DNA from: Negaprion brevirostris
Taxonomy: Eukaryota
Reading direction: 5' to 3'
Length of the DNA: 64,000 bases
Assembly: GCA_030324005.1 (NCBI GenBank)
Contig: JARDVH010000084.1
Coordinates: 56,246,647 to 56,310,646, forward strand
The notes under the pieces were generated by a model. It did not search any database. It had not been told where the DNA came from and was given only the letters and a program-made list of their open reading frames with translations. A program made the translations under genes and the position numbers. How positions within the stretch are numbered: position 1 is the stretch's first letter; every line of letters begins with the position of its first letter. Positions 1 to 13,110 of this stretch are shown piece by piece.

Positions 1-632
1 TGAAGGCAGCATTCAGCATGCTTGGTTTCATCGGTCAGAACATGGAATACAGGAGTTGGGAAGTTATACAAGACATTGGTAAGGCCACACTTGGAATAAT
101 GTCTACAGTTCTGGTTACCCTATTATAGAAAGGATATTAAACTAGACAAAGTGCAGAAAAGATTTACTAGGATGCTACTGGAATTTGATGGTTTGAGTTA
201 TAAAGAGAGGTTGGATAGACAGACTTCTTTCACTGGAGTGTAGGCGGCTTAGGGGTGATCTTATAGAGGTCTATAAATTAACGAGGGGCATAGATCAGCT
301 AGTCAATATCTTTTCCCAAAGATAGGGGGGTCTAAAACTAGAGGGCATAGGTTTAAGAAAGAGGGGAGAGATAGAGGGGTCCAGAGGGGCAAATTTTTCA
401 CACAGAGGGGGAGAGTGAATGGAACAAGCTGCCAGAGATAGTAGTAGAGGTGGTTACAATTGTCTTTTCAAGAGCCTCTAGACAGTTACATGGGTAAGAT
501 GGGTATACAGGGATATGGGCCAAATGTAGGCCCATATCCCTCTATATGGGATTTACTTAGTGGTTTGAAAAGAGGTAGCATGGACAAGCTGGGTTTAAGG
601 GCCTGATTCCATGCTGTAAACCTTTATGACTC
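1..632 (+). mobile_element. CR1/HER1-type LINE 3' fragment
   Basis: Degenerate end of ORF2 (LVRPHLE..., LRGDLIEVYK) and typical 3' tail; same subfamily as 57485-58048. Confidence 0.85.
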
Positions 633-639
633 TCAGAAG

Positions 640-1075
640 GGAAATGTTTAGATTGGGACAATTCAGATGTTCACTAGGTTGCTTTCTAAAATGAAGGAAT
701 TGTCTTCGGAGGACATTTTGAGGAGGTTGGGCTTACACTCATTGGCATTCAGAAGAACAAGAGATAACCTTATTGAAACATCGAAGATTCTGAGGGAATT
801 TGACAGCCGAGATGCTGAGATGGTGGAAATTTAAAACTAGGGACATTGTTTTGAAAGAACAGGCCATCCATTTAGGACTGAAAAAAGGAGTTTCTTCTCA
901 GAGGGTCATGAATCTTTAGAATTTTGTACCACTAGTGAGCTATTTGTTGAATTTATTCAAGGCTGAATTAGATTTTTGAAGCATTGTGGAACCAAAGGTT
1001 ATGGGGAACATATGCAGGCAAGAGGAGCTGAGGCCAAGGTCAAACATGATCTTATTGAATGACCCCTCCTTCTTA
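640..1075 (+). mobile_element. Second, older CR1-type LINE 3' fragment
   Basis: Degenerate LRRLGLHSL/RDNLIETSKILR motif and tail. Confidence 0.7.
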
Positions 1076-1571
1076 AAAAGTGTACCCGGAATCACACATA
1101 GTACTCCACGTTGAGGCTGAACCAATGTTTCTCAGCTTTTGTACTTAATGCCTCTATTTATAAAGCCCATGATCCTGTATGCCTTTTTTGCCACTTTCTC
1201 AACTTGGCTTGTCACCTTCAACAATTTGTGCATGTATCCTGAGTTTTTCCTTTTCCTGATCACCCATTAGAATTCCACTCTTTATATTACCTCTCCTCCT
1301 CCTTCGTGCCTAAATATGTCATTTCACACTTCTCTGCATTAAATTTGATCTGGCAAGTGTCCACCTATTCCACCAGCCAGACTATGTCCTCTTGAAGTCC
1401 CACCTTGAGAAAATGTTTAAAAAGTCATATATGGCTCTATAAATAGAGGAAATAAGTACAAAAGCTTGGAAACAATGTGAATCTTTGTACAACATTGGTT
1501 TAGCCTCAACTTGGACTACTGCGTCTAATTATGCGTCTTTATATGCCTTTCCCTGATCAGAACCTTGCACA

Positions 1572-1663
1572 CACCTGACGAAGGAACAGCGTTTCCGAAG
1601 GTTTGTGGGATACTATCAAATAAACTGGTTGGACTTAAACCTGGCATTGTGAGATTTCTTACT
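1572..1663 (+). mobile_element. Penelope-like terminal repeat fragment with a degenerate hammerhead core
   Basis: cacCTGACGAaggaacagcgtttccGAAG...aataaactggttggacttaaacctggcattgtgaga; homologous to the reverse complement of 50208-50291. Confidence 0.7.
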
Positions 1664-4600
1664 CTAATTATGGGGACAGGAAAATGGAGTTAAGGCCACA
1701 ATCAGATTAGCCATTATCCAACAGGATACAGGGGCCTCTTTCTTATAATCTTATAACAGAATGTCATGCTGAGAGTTAGATGAAGAGGAACGAGAGGCAA
1801 CACCCCTGGAGCACAAGCACCTGCATAAACTAATTGAACCAAATGACATGTTCCTCTGCTGTGCATTCTAGGTAATTCATCCAAAATGTATTGAGGACTC
1901 ACAAATTAATACTGAGCTTTACTTGACCAGCAATTTACATGCAAGGAAATAAAGATAAATAAATAATATAGTGCTTTTACCCAAATCATTGGGATGCAAG
2001 AATGGTGTAGTTTCATATAAAAAAGTTCCCTCTTACCTGTACTGCATAGAGTACGTCAAGACAGACTGAACAACCATCCTTACCCATTGATTTTAAATGG
2101 AAATTTTTTGCTTTCTCTCCAACCCACAATGAACTGTCAAATTAATGTACCTAATACACGACAGAAAATGCTAATATCATTTTGCTTCGCTATAGCAGAT
2201 TGCACATTTAAGAAGGTAAATTCACTTCAATGTAACATTAAAACATTTCTAGACAACTCAGTATTCTGTGCTTGTCAGTTTGTTTGAAATAATTTGCTGT
2301 CAAACCCAATTTACCTTCAAAAAGCAACTCTAAGTGTTACATAAAGACTTTGACTCACTCCAGCTAAGAGCATTAATTACACAACTGCAGCGTGCACACT
2401 GTTTAAAATGTCAGTCATCAGTATGCAGCAACTTACATTACACAATGACATTTGAAAGCAAATGTTGGAGTAGAATTAGGTGGATGATACTCTTAAGTAT
2501 CACAAATCCACCTGTATTAAAGTTTTATTAGGAAAGCTTTGTTCACATTTAAAATGTTATACAAGAAGCAGATTTAATCAGTGACTGCAAATTAATATTG
2601 AAAGCATATGCTATTAATCACCAATCATAAGAACCATGTGAAAATAAATGAAAAAAATTGACAAAAGTAAATTGCATTTTCCTTTCATATATAATAATCA
2701 GGGTTTTTCAAAATTCACATTTATGCAGCTTGGATGCAATTAATCCTATTTTGTTTGAATAGTTCTTAGTAGCAAATTGTTTGCGGTTAAAGCACAATGA
2801 AATGCACCATCCAACACACACCCTTAAATGTACTTGTAATTAGCTGTGGGCATAACAACATAAACAGGCCTCTTTTCTCATCCCTCCAACTCTCATATTT
2901 CTGAACTAATATTTTTAATTTATCTCCCAGTCTTCTAAGGTTTAAAAATCTATCAATATCAGCCAACTTCCAAACTGCCTTATTGATGCATTGAATTTTT
3001 ATAATATTAAATGGAAGCAAGATCTTTCAGTAACAGTCCAGTGGATCTATTAAACCGGATGGGAGGAGGGTGGTGATAAGCATTAGCACCGACACGAACT
3101 GTTTTGAGTTGAAGAGCTTGTTTCCTATTCTTTGCAATCAATTCCTTTTACCAGTCTTTTTGGCATTCTCAATTTCTGCTCTCCAAAGATGCCTTTAATT
3201 ATCTATTGAACAAGTTCACAATGTGTCCTTCAGTATATTTCACTGGTAAGATATCCTGCAGCCATCACCACTACCACTCGGTTCACTATGCCTGTTATTT
3301 TACCATTTTGCACAAGAACAATTTAGCTGGAAAATTTATAATTACAAATCACACATTTCCAGTTTATGAACCTCTGGCCCAGCACCTTATCCTGGACAGG
3401 CAAGACTGAAACAATTAGGATCACAGAAAGATTTATGGATCTTTGTAAAGTACATCCTATGTTGTATTCGACCACCTGCATAGCCTCAAAACCTTACGAG
3501 AAAGCACAAGTGCTGCAATGCTAATATCTGCTGCCAGTAAAGATCAGGATGTGAGCAAAGAGCTAATTACAGGAATTGAAGCAACCGTCTCAAGTCTCAG
3601 CAGTGTAATTAACTTTTTTTTGAACACACTACCAAATATTTTAAAACACCACAGGTTTCTTTTATATTTATTTTTAACACAGAGGAATGTTCAAACATCT
3701 GAGAACTGAAAACAGTCCAGTTATTTGGAAATCATATTTTGTGACCACCTAGATATATTTTCCAATATTTAGCATGAGAAACAAGGGTATTTAATGGTTG
3801 CAATTAGTAAGATACAGGACAAATTGGTTCTTGAACTCATTTGTGCTCTTTCTACAAGATGATTTAATAGCAACTTAATGAACAGATGAGATATGCATTC
3901 AGAGTGGGACTCACTGATTTGATTATTTTAATGCTTTGGTATAATTTTTAACACATTTTAATTAACGTTAAATTTGATAGTAACTTTTTTATTGTTTTGT
4001 AATTATGTTTTTTAATACATAAATGAATAACGTACTCAAAATGAATTTCCATATAGACAATAAAGTGAATTTGATTGACTGGTAAATTCAGAGAAAATAA
4101 CAGCACTAGTTCTAAGAAATTAGGTTACTTCTATACAACATTTGGGTGATTTCTTTCAACAGAGACAATTCAACANNNNNNNNNNNNNNNNNNNNNNNNN
4201 NNNNNNNNNNNNNNNNNNNNNNNNNNNNNNNNNNNNNNNNNNNNNNNNNNNNNNNNNNNNNNNNNNNNNNNNNNNGTCTCTTTAAAACTCTACAGATCTA
4301 AGCACAGACAAAAAAACAACCCAAAATACAACCGACGCGTCAGTCTTAGTGCTTTACCTTTCTTGTCTATCCGATACTGGACAACAAAATTCTTAAATGC
4401 CTCATGACAGTGTTAAATATCAATGTTAAATATATGTTAGAAACATATATTTGATCTAAATACTTATTTTTCCCCCCAAAGCTTTTGAGTGATGTACCAA
4501 AGGTAATTTGAAGGAGCTGCCAGACATGCCAAGACAGAGACAGACAGCCTGACAACTGATACATTATACTTAACAGCTTGCATGAGTCATTTTCACAATT

Positions 4601-5929
4601 TTCATAAAATAATTTTTTTTGTTAACATTTTCTAGTATCTCAAGCTCCCTCAGCTTCAGTCTGAATAAAAATCTGTGAACATTTATCATTCTGTCACTCA
4701 CTGTCCCTGGGTCAAGTGTCTGTGAAACTCCTTGACAGCAATATGGGTGTTCATACACTAGATGGAATGCAGCAGTTCAAGGCGGTGGCTCACCACCACT
4801 TTCTTGAGGGCAATTAGGGATGGGCAATAAATTCTGGCCTTGTCAGCGATGCACATATCTCACAAAATAATAAAAAATGCAATCAGCTCTGCCAAATGTG
4901 AATTATTAAAGAATTACCAGTTAAAAAAATATTCAAATTTGTCCAGTGTAATGGTCCCAGGGTTGATTACCATTTTGTGCAGAGCTAACTAATCTCAACC
5001 TGGGTTTCAACTGAATGGCTACAATAGGGTTTGGAATCTCTAGGCTAGGGAAGTTTGGTAAGACTAGACTGCAATGCCACCAGCAATTGATTGGAGGTTT
5101 GATCACAAGCTCCAGCACACTGAATGCCTGGTTATCTTAAGAACAACATGGCTGAAGGACACGGACATCATTGTCAATCCCTTGTAAACCAAAGAGGCAT
5201 GGAGTAATGAGGAATGGGTGGAGGAAAAGGAAATATGATTTGGTATTTCTAAGTAGTCAAAAGTTCAAAATACTATATGAACTTAAAAACATTGAAAATA
5301 TTTCTCTCTTTTAAGTGTTAGATTTTTAAGAACAATTAGATTTTAAGAAAAAGATGGGCATCATCCAATGGCAGCACTGTTTTAATACAAACTCCTTTGC
5401 TATATCCATAGATTTAAAACAATGCAAATTTTGTGATTAGCATCAAGACCATCACCAAAAGAAATATGTCAACTCAATTATTTCACTTCTAATAATAGCA
5501 TTTCAAACTGGAACATCTTGGTTTCAGCACTCTTTTCTTTGATCTGAAGCTGTTTATAATACTCCAAATTAGCATAATCTAATTACTTGGTNNNNNNNNN
5601 NNNNNNNNNNNNNNNNNNNNNNNNNNNNNNNNNNNNNNNNNNNNNNNNNNNNNNNNNNNNNNNNNNNNNNNNNNNNNNNNNNNNNNNNNNNNNNNNNNNN
5701 NNNNNNNNNNNNNNNNNNNNNNNNNNNNNNNNNNNNNNNNNNNNNNNNNNNNNNNNNNNNNNNNNNNNNNNNNNNNNNNNNNNNNNNNNNNNNNNNNNNN
5801 NNNNNNNNNNNNNNNNNNNNNNNNNNNNNNNNNNNNNNNNNNCATGAAGAATGCTTTATCTCATTGTTACAAAATTAAATCATCCCATCTGGCAACGTGC
5901 AGTCAACAGAAGAGCAAATAGAAAAAAAC

Positions 5930-6680
5930 TAGGAGCAACAGTGAGGTTATGTGGCCTCACTAATTTGTTCTACCATTCAATAAGATATTGACTGATCAGA
6001 TTGTGGCCTTAAAGTCACCTTCATGCCCCCATAATCTTAAATCCCTTGCAGATCAAAAATCTAACCTGGCCTTGAATATATTCAATGACCCAACGTCCAC
6101 TGTTCTGAGATAAAACAGTCCAATTAACATCCATCAGAGTAGAAAAACATACCTTACCTGAATTAAATGGGAGATTCCCCTCCCCCAGATCCCAAGGGGG
6201 AACATTCTTTTTAGCCTGCCAAGTCCCTTCTCAATCTTTTAGTAAGGTCACCTTTAATTTTTCTAAACTGCAATGAGTACAGATCCAACCTACTCAACTT
6301 TGCCATTTACGGCAACCCCTTCATTCCTGAAATCAACCTTGACAGTCTTTTTGAACTGCCCCATTGCTAGTATATTTCTCCTTAAATAGGGAGACCAAAA
6401 TTGTATCCAATACTCTAGGTATGATCTCACCAATGCCTTTTACAATTGCAGCAAGATTTCTCTCCTTTTCTATTCCATCCCCTTGCTGAAAAGGCCAACA
6501 TTTCATTTGTCTTCCCAATTACTTGCTGTACCTGCATGCTAATGTTTTGAGGTTCATGTACAAATTATATTCTGCTTTTCTGTTCTTCCCGAAGCGCACG
6601 TCGTCACATTTTCCTACATGATACTTCATCTGCCAAACGTTTGCTCACTCAGTCAATCCATGTTCCTTTTCAGATTTGGC
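5930..6680 (-). mobile_element. CR1-type LINE 3' fragment
   Basis: Reverse complement of CR1 ORF2 end and tail (ORF 6333..6518 is a frameshifted relic). Confidence 0.75.
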
Positions 6681-8009
6681 ATCCTCATTATCAAAATATG
6701 CAAAACATAAATTCTCACACTGTCAGCCCTTTCCCTGTCCAATTTTTTTTGTTTCACCGTTTTTCATGCATTTGACTTTCTGGCTTTCCTTCATATTTAT
6801 TTCTTTTATGCAGCTTAGAATTTTCTTTGCATCCTACACTTATTACTTAAACTGTGTTGTTACGAAACAACATACTGAAAGTATTTAGTTGCTACCTTGC
6901 CCTCTACTGCTTTTATTTTACTTTCTCTAATTTCTTCAGTCTTCCAGCTTCATGATGCATTTTCATTAACTGCTTGAATGAATACAATATACATACAATC
7001 AGTAAAGTTGCTGTACGATTTAGTCAAATGGTGCTTGAAGAAGAATGCATTGACAACTGGAGTTCTATTTTGGAATGCATTATTTTGAGGTCCACTTTAT
7101 AGATAAAGTCTTATTCACTTCTCATTCTTTTTCCACCTCTATTTCTTTTAGACAAGATTGTCACATAACCTTCTTAGGGTCGATGCATCTTTGTATCCCA
7201 GGAGATTTCATCCATGTGTTCAGTCTGGGTGAAGCTTTTTACCTAATACCAAGAGATTTTTCAAATTACAAAAAGTATTAGGAGATGGTAAATGACAGAA
7301 GACTGGTTCATAAATCAGTAACTGGCCAAAGATTCAGGATTATTACGAGAACAATGAAGGCAGACAAAAGCCTTTCCTTTAAAGTAAATCATGAAATATT
7401 TCATGACAAGTGGTTACCGAGGCAGCAGTCATAACGTCCCTTAAAAATGAATTAGATTTGAGAAGGAATAAAGCTATAGGGAAAAACCTGGAAAAGGATC
7501 AACAATAAATGCTTCATGTGAAATACATAATTATTAACATGGACTAAACTCCCTTGCAAAAATCTTTACCTATTTCACTTGAGAGATAGGAGACTGGAAT
7601 GTCAGTCAAAACTTGACTATGAATAGCAAATGGTACTGAAACTGTTTAAAAGTCCATTTAGTCTGCTTTCTTTCCCAAATTTCTGTAGTTACCAACTTAC
7701 TATAAAGTCTTCCTCCCTATTCACTTCAATTGCAATTCCCATTCAAAAGAATAAGTTTCCCCAATTTGGTTAGGATCTGTTAGTCCAAGTCCCAGTATTT
7801 TATTGTTAAATTTTATACTCCAGGTAGAAATGTTAATGCTTAAGAATGGAATACTATTCTATCTCAGTCAACCAGTATCAACAAACACTCCAACATCATG
7901 GTGGTGGAAAAAAGGCCAAGTGCATTTACATGGCATAACTGATCTCTCAAACATCTCAAAAGCTTCACATCAAAAAAGATATTTACAATTCAAGAAATAG
8001 ATGACTAAC

Positions 8010-9560
8010 TCCTTCTAACCTGCTCTGCCATTCAATAACATTGCCAATCTGATTGTGACTTTAACTCTCCTATCCTGACCCACAACTGTCTTGTAACCAA
8101 AAATCTGACTCAACTTTTAATATATTTAATGAGCCAGCCTCCACTGTTCTCAGAGAATTCCACTCCTCACAAGAGAAAGTCTTAAATGGGAGACCCCTTA
8201 TTTTTAAAACTGTCGCTCCCTTGTTTTAGTCTGTCCCACAATGGGAAATGACCTTTCAGCAACTATCCTGTCAAGTCCTATCAGGATCTTTTCAATATCA
8301 TCTCTCATTCTTCTAAACTCCAATGGATGCAGGCTCAACATGCGTGACCTTTTCTTATAAGGTGACCCCCCTCACTTAAGGAATCAGCTTAGTGAATCTT
8401 CTCTTAACCTTTTAATACAAGTAAACACCTTGTGACCAAAACTGCATACAGTATGCTAGGTGCGCTCTCATCAAGGCCTTGTATAGCTTGAACAACCCTT
8501 TTCTATTTTAATACTCCATTTTCCCCATAATAAAGGCCAACATTCCATTTGCCTTCCTAATCATTGCACACTAGCTTTCTATTTGTATACCAGGGCACCC
8601 AGATCCCTCAGTACCACAGACTTGTGTAATCGCTCCCCATTTAAATAATATTTTGCTTTTCTATTCCTCCTGCCAAATGGACAAGCTTATGCTTTCCCAA
8701 ATTATACTACATCAGCCAAATTTTTGTCCCATCACTTCACTTATCTATATCACTTTGCAGAAGCATTGTATCCTCCTCACAGCTTGAGTTCCTACCTTTG
8801 TGTTAATAACAAATTTAGCTACTATACACTCAACCCCTGCTTTCGAGTTATTAACTTAAATTGGAAACAGTTGACACTCCAGCACTGATCCCTTTGGAAG
8901 TCTATTGAAAATGACCCATATATATCAACTCTTTGCTTCCAGTTAGCTATCCAATCCTCTGTCCATGCCAATGTTATCTCCAATATGAGCTCTTACCTTG
9001 GGCAATAAGCTTTTATTGGCACCTTATCAAATGCCTTATAGAAATCCAAACATGCATCTACAGTTTCCCCATTTTTCACTCTGCTCGTTACTTTCTCAAA
9101 GAACTCTAATAGTCAAATATCTCTTTCAAAAAATCATGTTAACTTTAAATGTCTTGTTATTACCTCCTTAATAATGAATTCCCAATGACAGATGTTAGAC
9201 TAGTTGGCCTGTAATTTCCTGTTTTCTGGCTCCCTCCTTTCTTGAACAGAGGTGTTACATTTGCTGTTTTGCAATCTTCTGGGACCTTTCCAAAATATAG
9301 GGAACATTGGAAGATTACCAACCAATGCAACCACTATCCCTGCAGCGACTGCTTTCAAAATGCTAGGATGCCGGCTATCATCGTTTCTCATGATTAATTC
9401 CCCAGTCCTACCCTTTAAGGGACTAACCTTTACTTTAGTTACTCTCTTCATTTTCATATCCTTATAGAAACGCCCACTGTCATAATGTCTGTTTTTTCAT
9501 TCCTAGCTAGCCTTTTCTCTTCTTTGATCATGCCTTGCCGTTCTGCCTGTCCCACTCATC
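8010..9560 (-). mobile_element. CR1-type LINE, long degenerate RT fragment
   Basis: Relic motifs KVSPLKGRTGELIM and HPSILKAVAAGIVVALV (ORF 9200..9457); GNYRP and FYKAFDKVP motifs in other frames. Confidence 0.85.
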
Positions 9561-10649
9561 TCCATCCCCTGCTGTATCAATGTGAGATCTCCATTTCCTT
9601 GGGGAGCACCAATGCTGCCTTTAATTCATGCAATATAAGCGACAGACTCAACCCACTACAAATTGAGATGAAGCTTCACAAACTCATTTCAGCATAACCA
9701 CCATACAGGAAATGTTTTGATTAGACAATCTTGGTCTGGATCCAAATTTTGGCTACACAGGTAAAATGCAACTGTGCTGATCTGACTTATTGTGTATCCA
9801 GATAGTTTTATCTATGCATTCCCCACAGCTTCCTATTTTCATCCTTTGCCCTGTTCAGGTGAAAATTCTAGAGTTTTTCCTGCTGTGACATTACAGGCAA
9901 GTGTGAACATTACAGTTCAAATGTGTCCAGCTCTGTCACAGACTACTGCATTCTATTTTTCTGCACAATATAGAAGGGAATGTATTTTAATGGCAACTTT
10001 AATTTTGCTAAGGCATTTTTGAGAAGAACAGATTTTTAAAAATACTTTTTTAACCAATCCTTAAGGTAGCAAGGGGTCAACAAGTTAGCAGAAAAGAATC
10101 AAAATTAAGTTTTACGTTTATATTTATTACAGCGTTGGAGAAAAGAACCGTTTCATTCAAAACCATCCCAATGAAGACAATAATTTAGCGAATTTGTAAA
10201 ATTACATTTGCCAGACTTGTCTTTTTTTTCTCAGTTTAAAATGCACGATTTCCTGGAGACCGAAATCTACAGTAAAACACCAAAATTTCATCAGTATGTT
10301 CCAATCTGACTGCAAATAGGAGATTTACATACTCGTTCAGCAACTCTACAGCTAAACACAGTTAGAATGATTTTAAACACATCTAAAAAGGCACTTAGAA
10401 AGATCTTGCTATTCCCCCAACCCCCACCAGCCCCCAAAATAACAAAAACAAAATATGGCAACATCCCATAACCTGCAGTCAGTACAATAAACACAATAAA
10501 TTCCTGAAAACTCTGTAAAGGCTTGCAGAAGAAACATCCCTCAATAAAACATTAGCAACAAATATTGAGCACAAAACTACAATGTAGAATTTTTCTTTTT
10601 TATAACCAGACTACAAGGTAAGAAACACAGAACAGCTACAGTGTTAAAA

Positions 10650-11870
10650 TAGCTGAAGTCAGTGAGTTGATGATGGACAGACCATGACAACAAGGCAGCA
10701 TTTGACCAAGCATGGAGTCAAACAGCCCAAGCAAAACTGGAGTTAATGGAAGTCAGGAATAAAGATCTCCACTGCTTTGTTTTTTCTAGCGGAAGTCATA
10801 ACAAGCACAAAGGAAGACGTGTATGATTGTTGGAGGTTAATGACCAAAGTCAATGGCAGTTTGAATTCTCCGAATTTTCTGTCCTGCCCAAAATGGTTAC
10901 CATCACAGGCAGGAGCCAAAAGTCCCAGTTTCAGTCTTCACTGAGTTTCTCAGGGTAGTGTCCTAGACCCAACCGTTTTCAGCTGTTTCATCAATGACCT
11001 TCCTTCCATCATCAATTTAGAACTGGGGATATTTACTGATGATGTACAATTCAGCACCATTCATGACTCCTCAGGTACTGATGTAATCCATCCATATGCA
11101 GCAAGAACTGAGCAACATTCAGTCTGGTGCTGATAAATGGCAAGTAATGTTTGTGTCTCTGAAGTGCACGCAATGACTATCTTCAACAAGAGAGAAACTA
11201 ACCATTTTCCCTTGACATTCAATGGCATTACCATTGCTGAATCCTCCTCAATTGACATCCTGAGGGGCTTACAAGCAACCAGAAATCAAACTGGAGTGGC
11301 CATATAAATATTGTGACTACAAGAGCAGGCCAGAGGCTGGAAATTCTGTGGCGAGGGACTTAAATCCTTATTCCACAAAGCCTGTCCATCATCAAAGTAC
11401 AAGTCAGGAATGTAATGGGATACTTTGCATTTGGCTGAATGAGAGCAGCTCCAGGGGTCTGTTATCACTAGACTACTTATCCAGAATGCCGCTAATGTTC
11501 TAGGGACCTGGGTTCAAATCCCACCACAGCAGATGGTGGAATTTGAATTCAACACAAAAAAAATCTGGAATTAAGAATCTACTAGTGGTCATGAAACCAC
11601 AGTTGATTGTTGGAAAAACCCATCTGGTTCACTAGTGTCCTTTAGGGAAGAAAATCTGCCATCCTTATCTGGTCTGGCCTACATGTGACTCCAGAGACAA
11701 TGTAGTTGATTCTCAACTGCTGTCTAAGGGCAACTAAGGACAGGCAATAAATTATTGGCCAGCCAGTGACGTCCACGTCCCACGAATGAATAAAAAAATT
11801 ACTCAAGATGCTCAACATCATCTGGGATAAAACAACCAGCTCAACTGGTACCCCATCCGCCACCTTAAGT
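10650..11870 (+). mobile_element. CR1/L2-superfamily LINE relic (same family as 46460-47285), interrupted by a SINE
   Basis: RT motifs QGSVLDPTVFSCFINDL and FTDD; clear homology to 46451-46900. Confidence 0.8.
11455..11797 (+). mobile_element. tRNA-derived SINE nested in the LINE
   Basis: B-box GGTTCAAATCCC, central ...ctgccatccttatctggtctggcctacatgtgactccag, 3' tail shared with the host LINE family, A-rich end. Confidence 0.8.
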
Positions 11871-11970
11871 NNNNNNNNNNNNNNNNNNNNNNNNNNNNNN
11901 NNNNNNNNNNNNNNNNNNNNNNNNNNNNNNNNNNNNNNNNNNNNNNNNNNNNNNNNNNNNNNNNNNNNNN

Positions 11971-13080
11971 CAGCCCCCAAAATAACAAAAACAAAATATG
12001 GCAACATCCCATAACCTGCAGTCAGCACAATAAACACAGTTGACGTTCCTGAAAACTCTGTAAAGGGGTGCAGAAAAAACATCCCTCAATAAAACATTAG
12101 CAACAAATATTGAACACAAAACTACAATGTAGAATTTTTTCTTTTTTATAACCAGACTACAAGGTAAGAAACACAGAACAGCTACAATGTTATCAAGAAT
12201 CAGCACAAGGGTTGTCCAGGCAAGATAATATTTTACATAACTTGATACACATTGTATAGAAGTGGGTTTAAACAAAAGACCATCTACAGGTAGTGTGTAA
12301 CTGTACAGAGATCCCAGCACGATTGTAGTGCCACTAAAACGGTTTATTTTCCTCTCTTTCAATCACGTGTCTGCAGTTGTCTCTTTCTTGCGTACAGAGT
12401 TTTCCTCTGGATCGATAAAGGTAACAGAGGACTGAACCAATCCAGATTCGAGGTGTGAATGTACATGTGGGCGCAGGGAGGGGAGGATAGCGGGAGTTGG
12501 GGAAAAGATATACAATCCTCGCAATCTGCAACCCACTGCGTAAATCATCGTTCAGCTACACGGGTATGGAACAAGCCACTGATTAACACCTTGCAACTGG
12601 AGGGGAGGGCTCACAGAAGCAAGAAAAAATAATCTGCGCCACCAAAAAAGGGTCTTCGAAAGTAAACCACATTGTGTAAACGTCCCAGATAAAATGGCTA
12701 CAATATGGACAACATCGGATCTTATACCTAGACTAGCGCCTTATTCAGTTCAGCACAAAAATACACGGGTTCAAAGGATGAAGCAGAGGAGGTCTGTTCG
12801 GGTGCTAGAGGCGTTTACATTTTTTCTTTGCTTCAAAAAGATGCGATGTGTAACGTACAGTCCTTCCAGGAGAAGGGTTTTATGTCTTGAATCTTTTTTT
12901 TTGTCCTTCATGTTTATGGAATAAAAGAAGTTCAGCCTTTTTATTGCGTGAAACTCAAAATTGGGGTTTTGCCCCCAGTTCCTCGTCAACACGTTGAACT
13001 GCTTCTTGCATACGTTCTTTAATCTTCCAGAGGGCAGCCGTCTCGTCATTCTGGTCCTGGAGAAGGGGGAAGGGGAAAAA
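11971..13080 (-). other. SSBP3: Putative SSBP3 3' UTR (distal end uncertain, runs into a gap)
   Basis: Repeat-free, relatively CpG-rich sequence directly after the stop; minus-strand AATAAA at 12940-12945 and 12343-12348. Confidence 0.7.
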
Positions 13081-13110
13081 TCACACGCTCATCGTCATGC
13101 TGGGGGAATA
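13081..13110 (-). CDS. SSBP3: SSBP3 last coding exon (exon 18 equivalent): YSPSMTMSV-stop
   Basis: Acceptor tttctttcag, then TAT TCC CCC AGC ATG ACG ATG AGC GTG TGA, the conserved SSBP C-terminus. Confidence 0.96.
   Translation of the reverse strand, partial: YSPSMTMSV

Noticed and set aside
1-10100. Expected neighbouring gene downstream of SSBP3 (MRPL37 in human)
   Set aside because: No exon with a recognisable translation found; isolated AG/GT pairs near 2036-2064 and 4357-4375 are unsupported.
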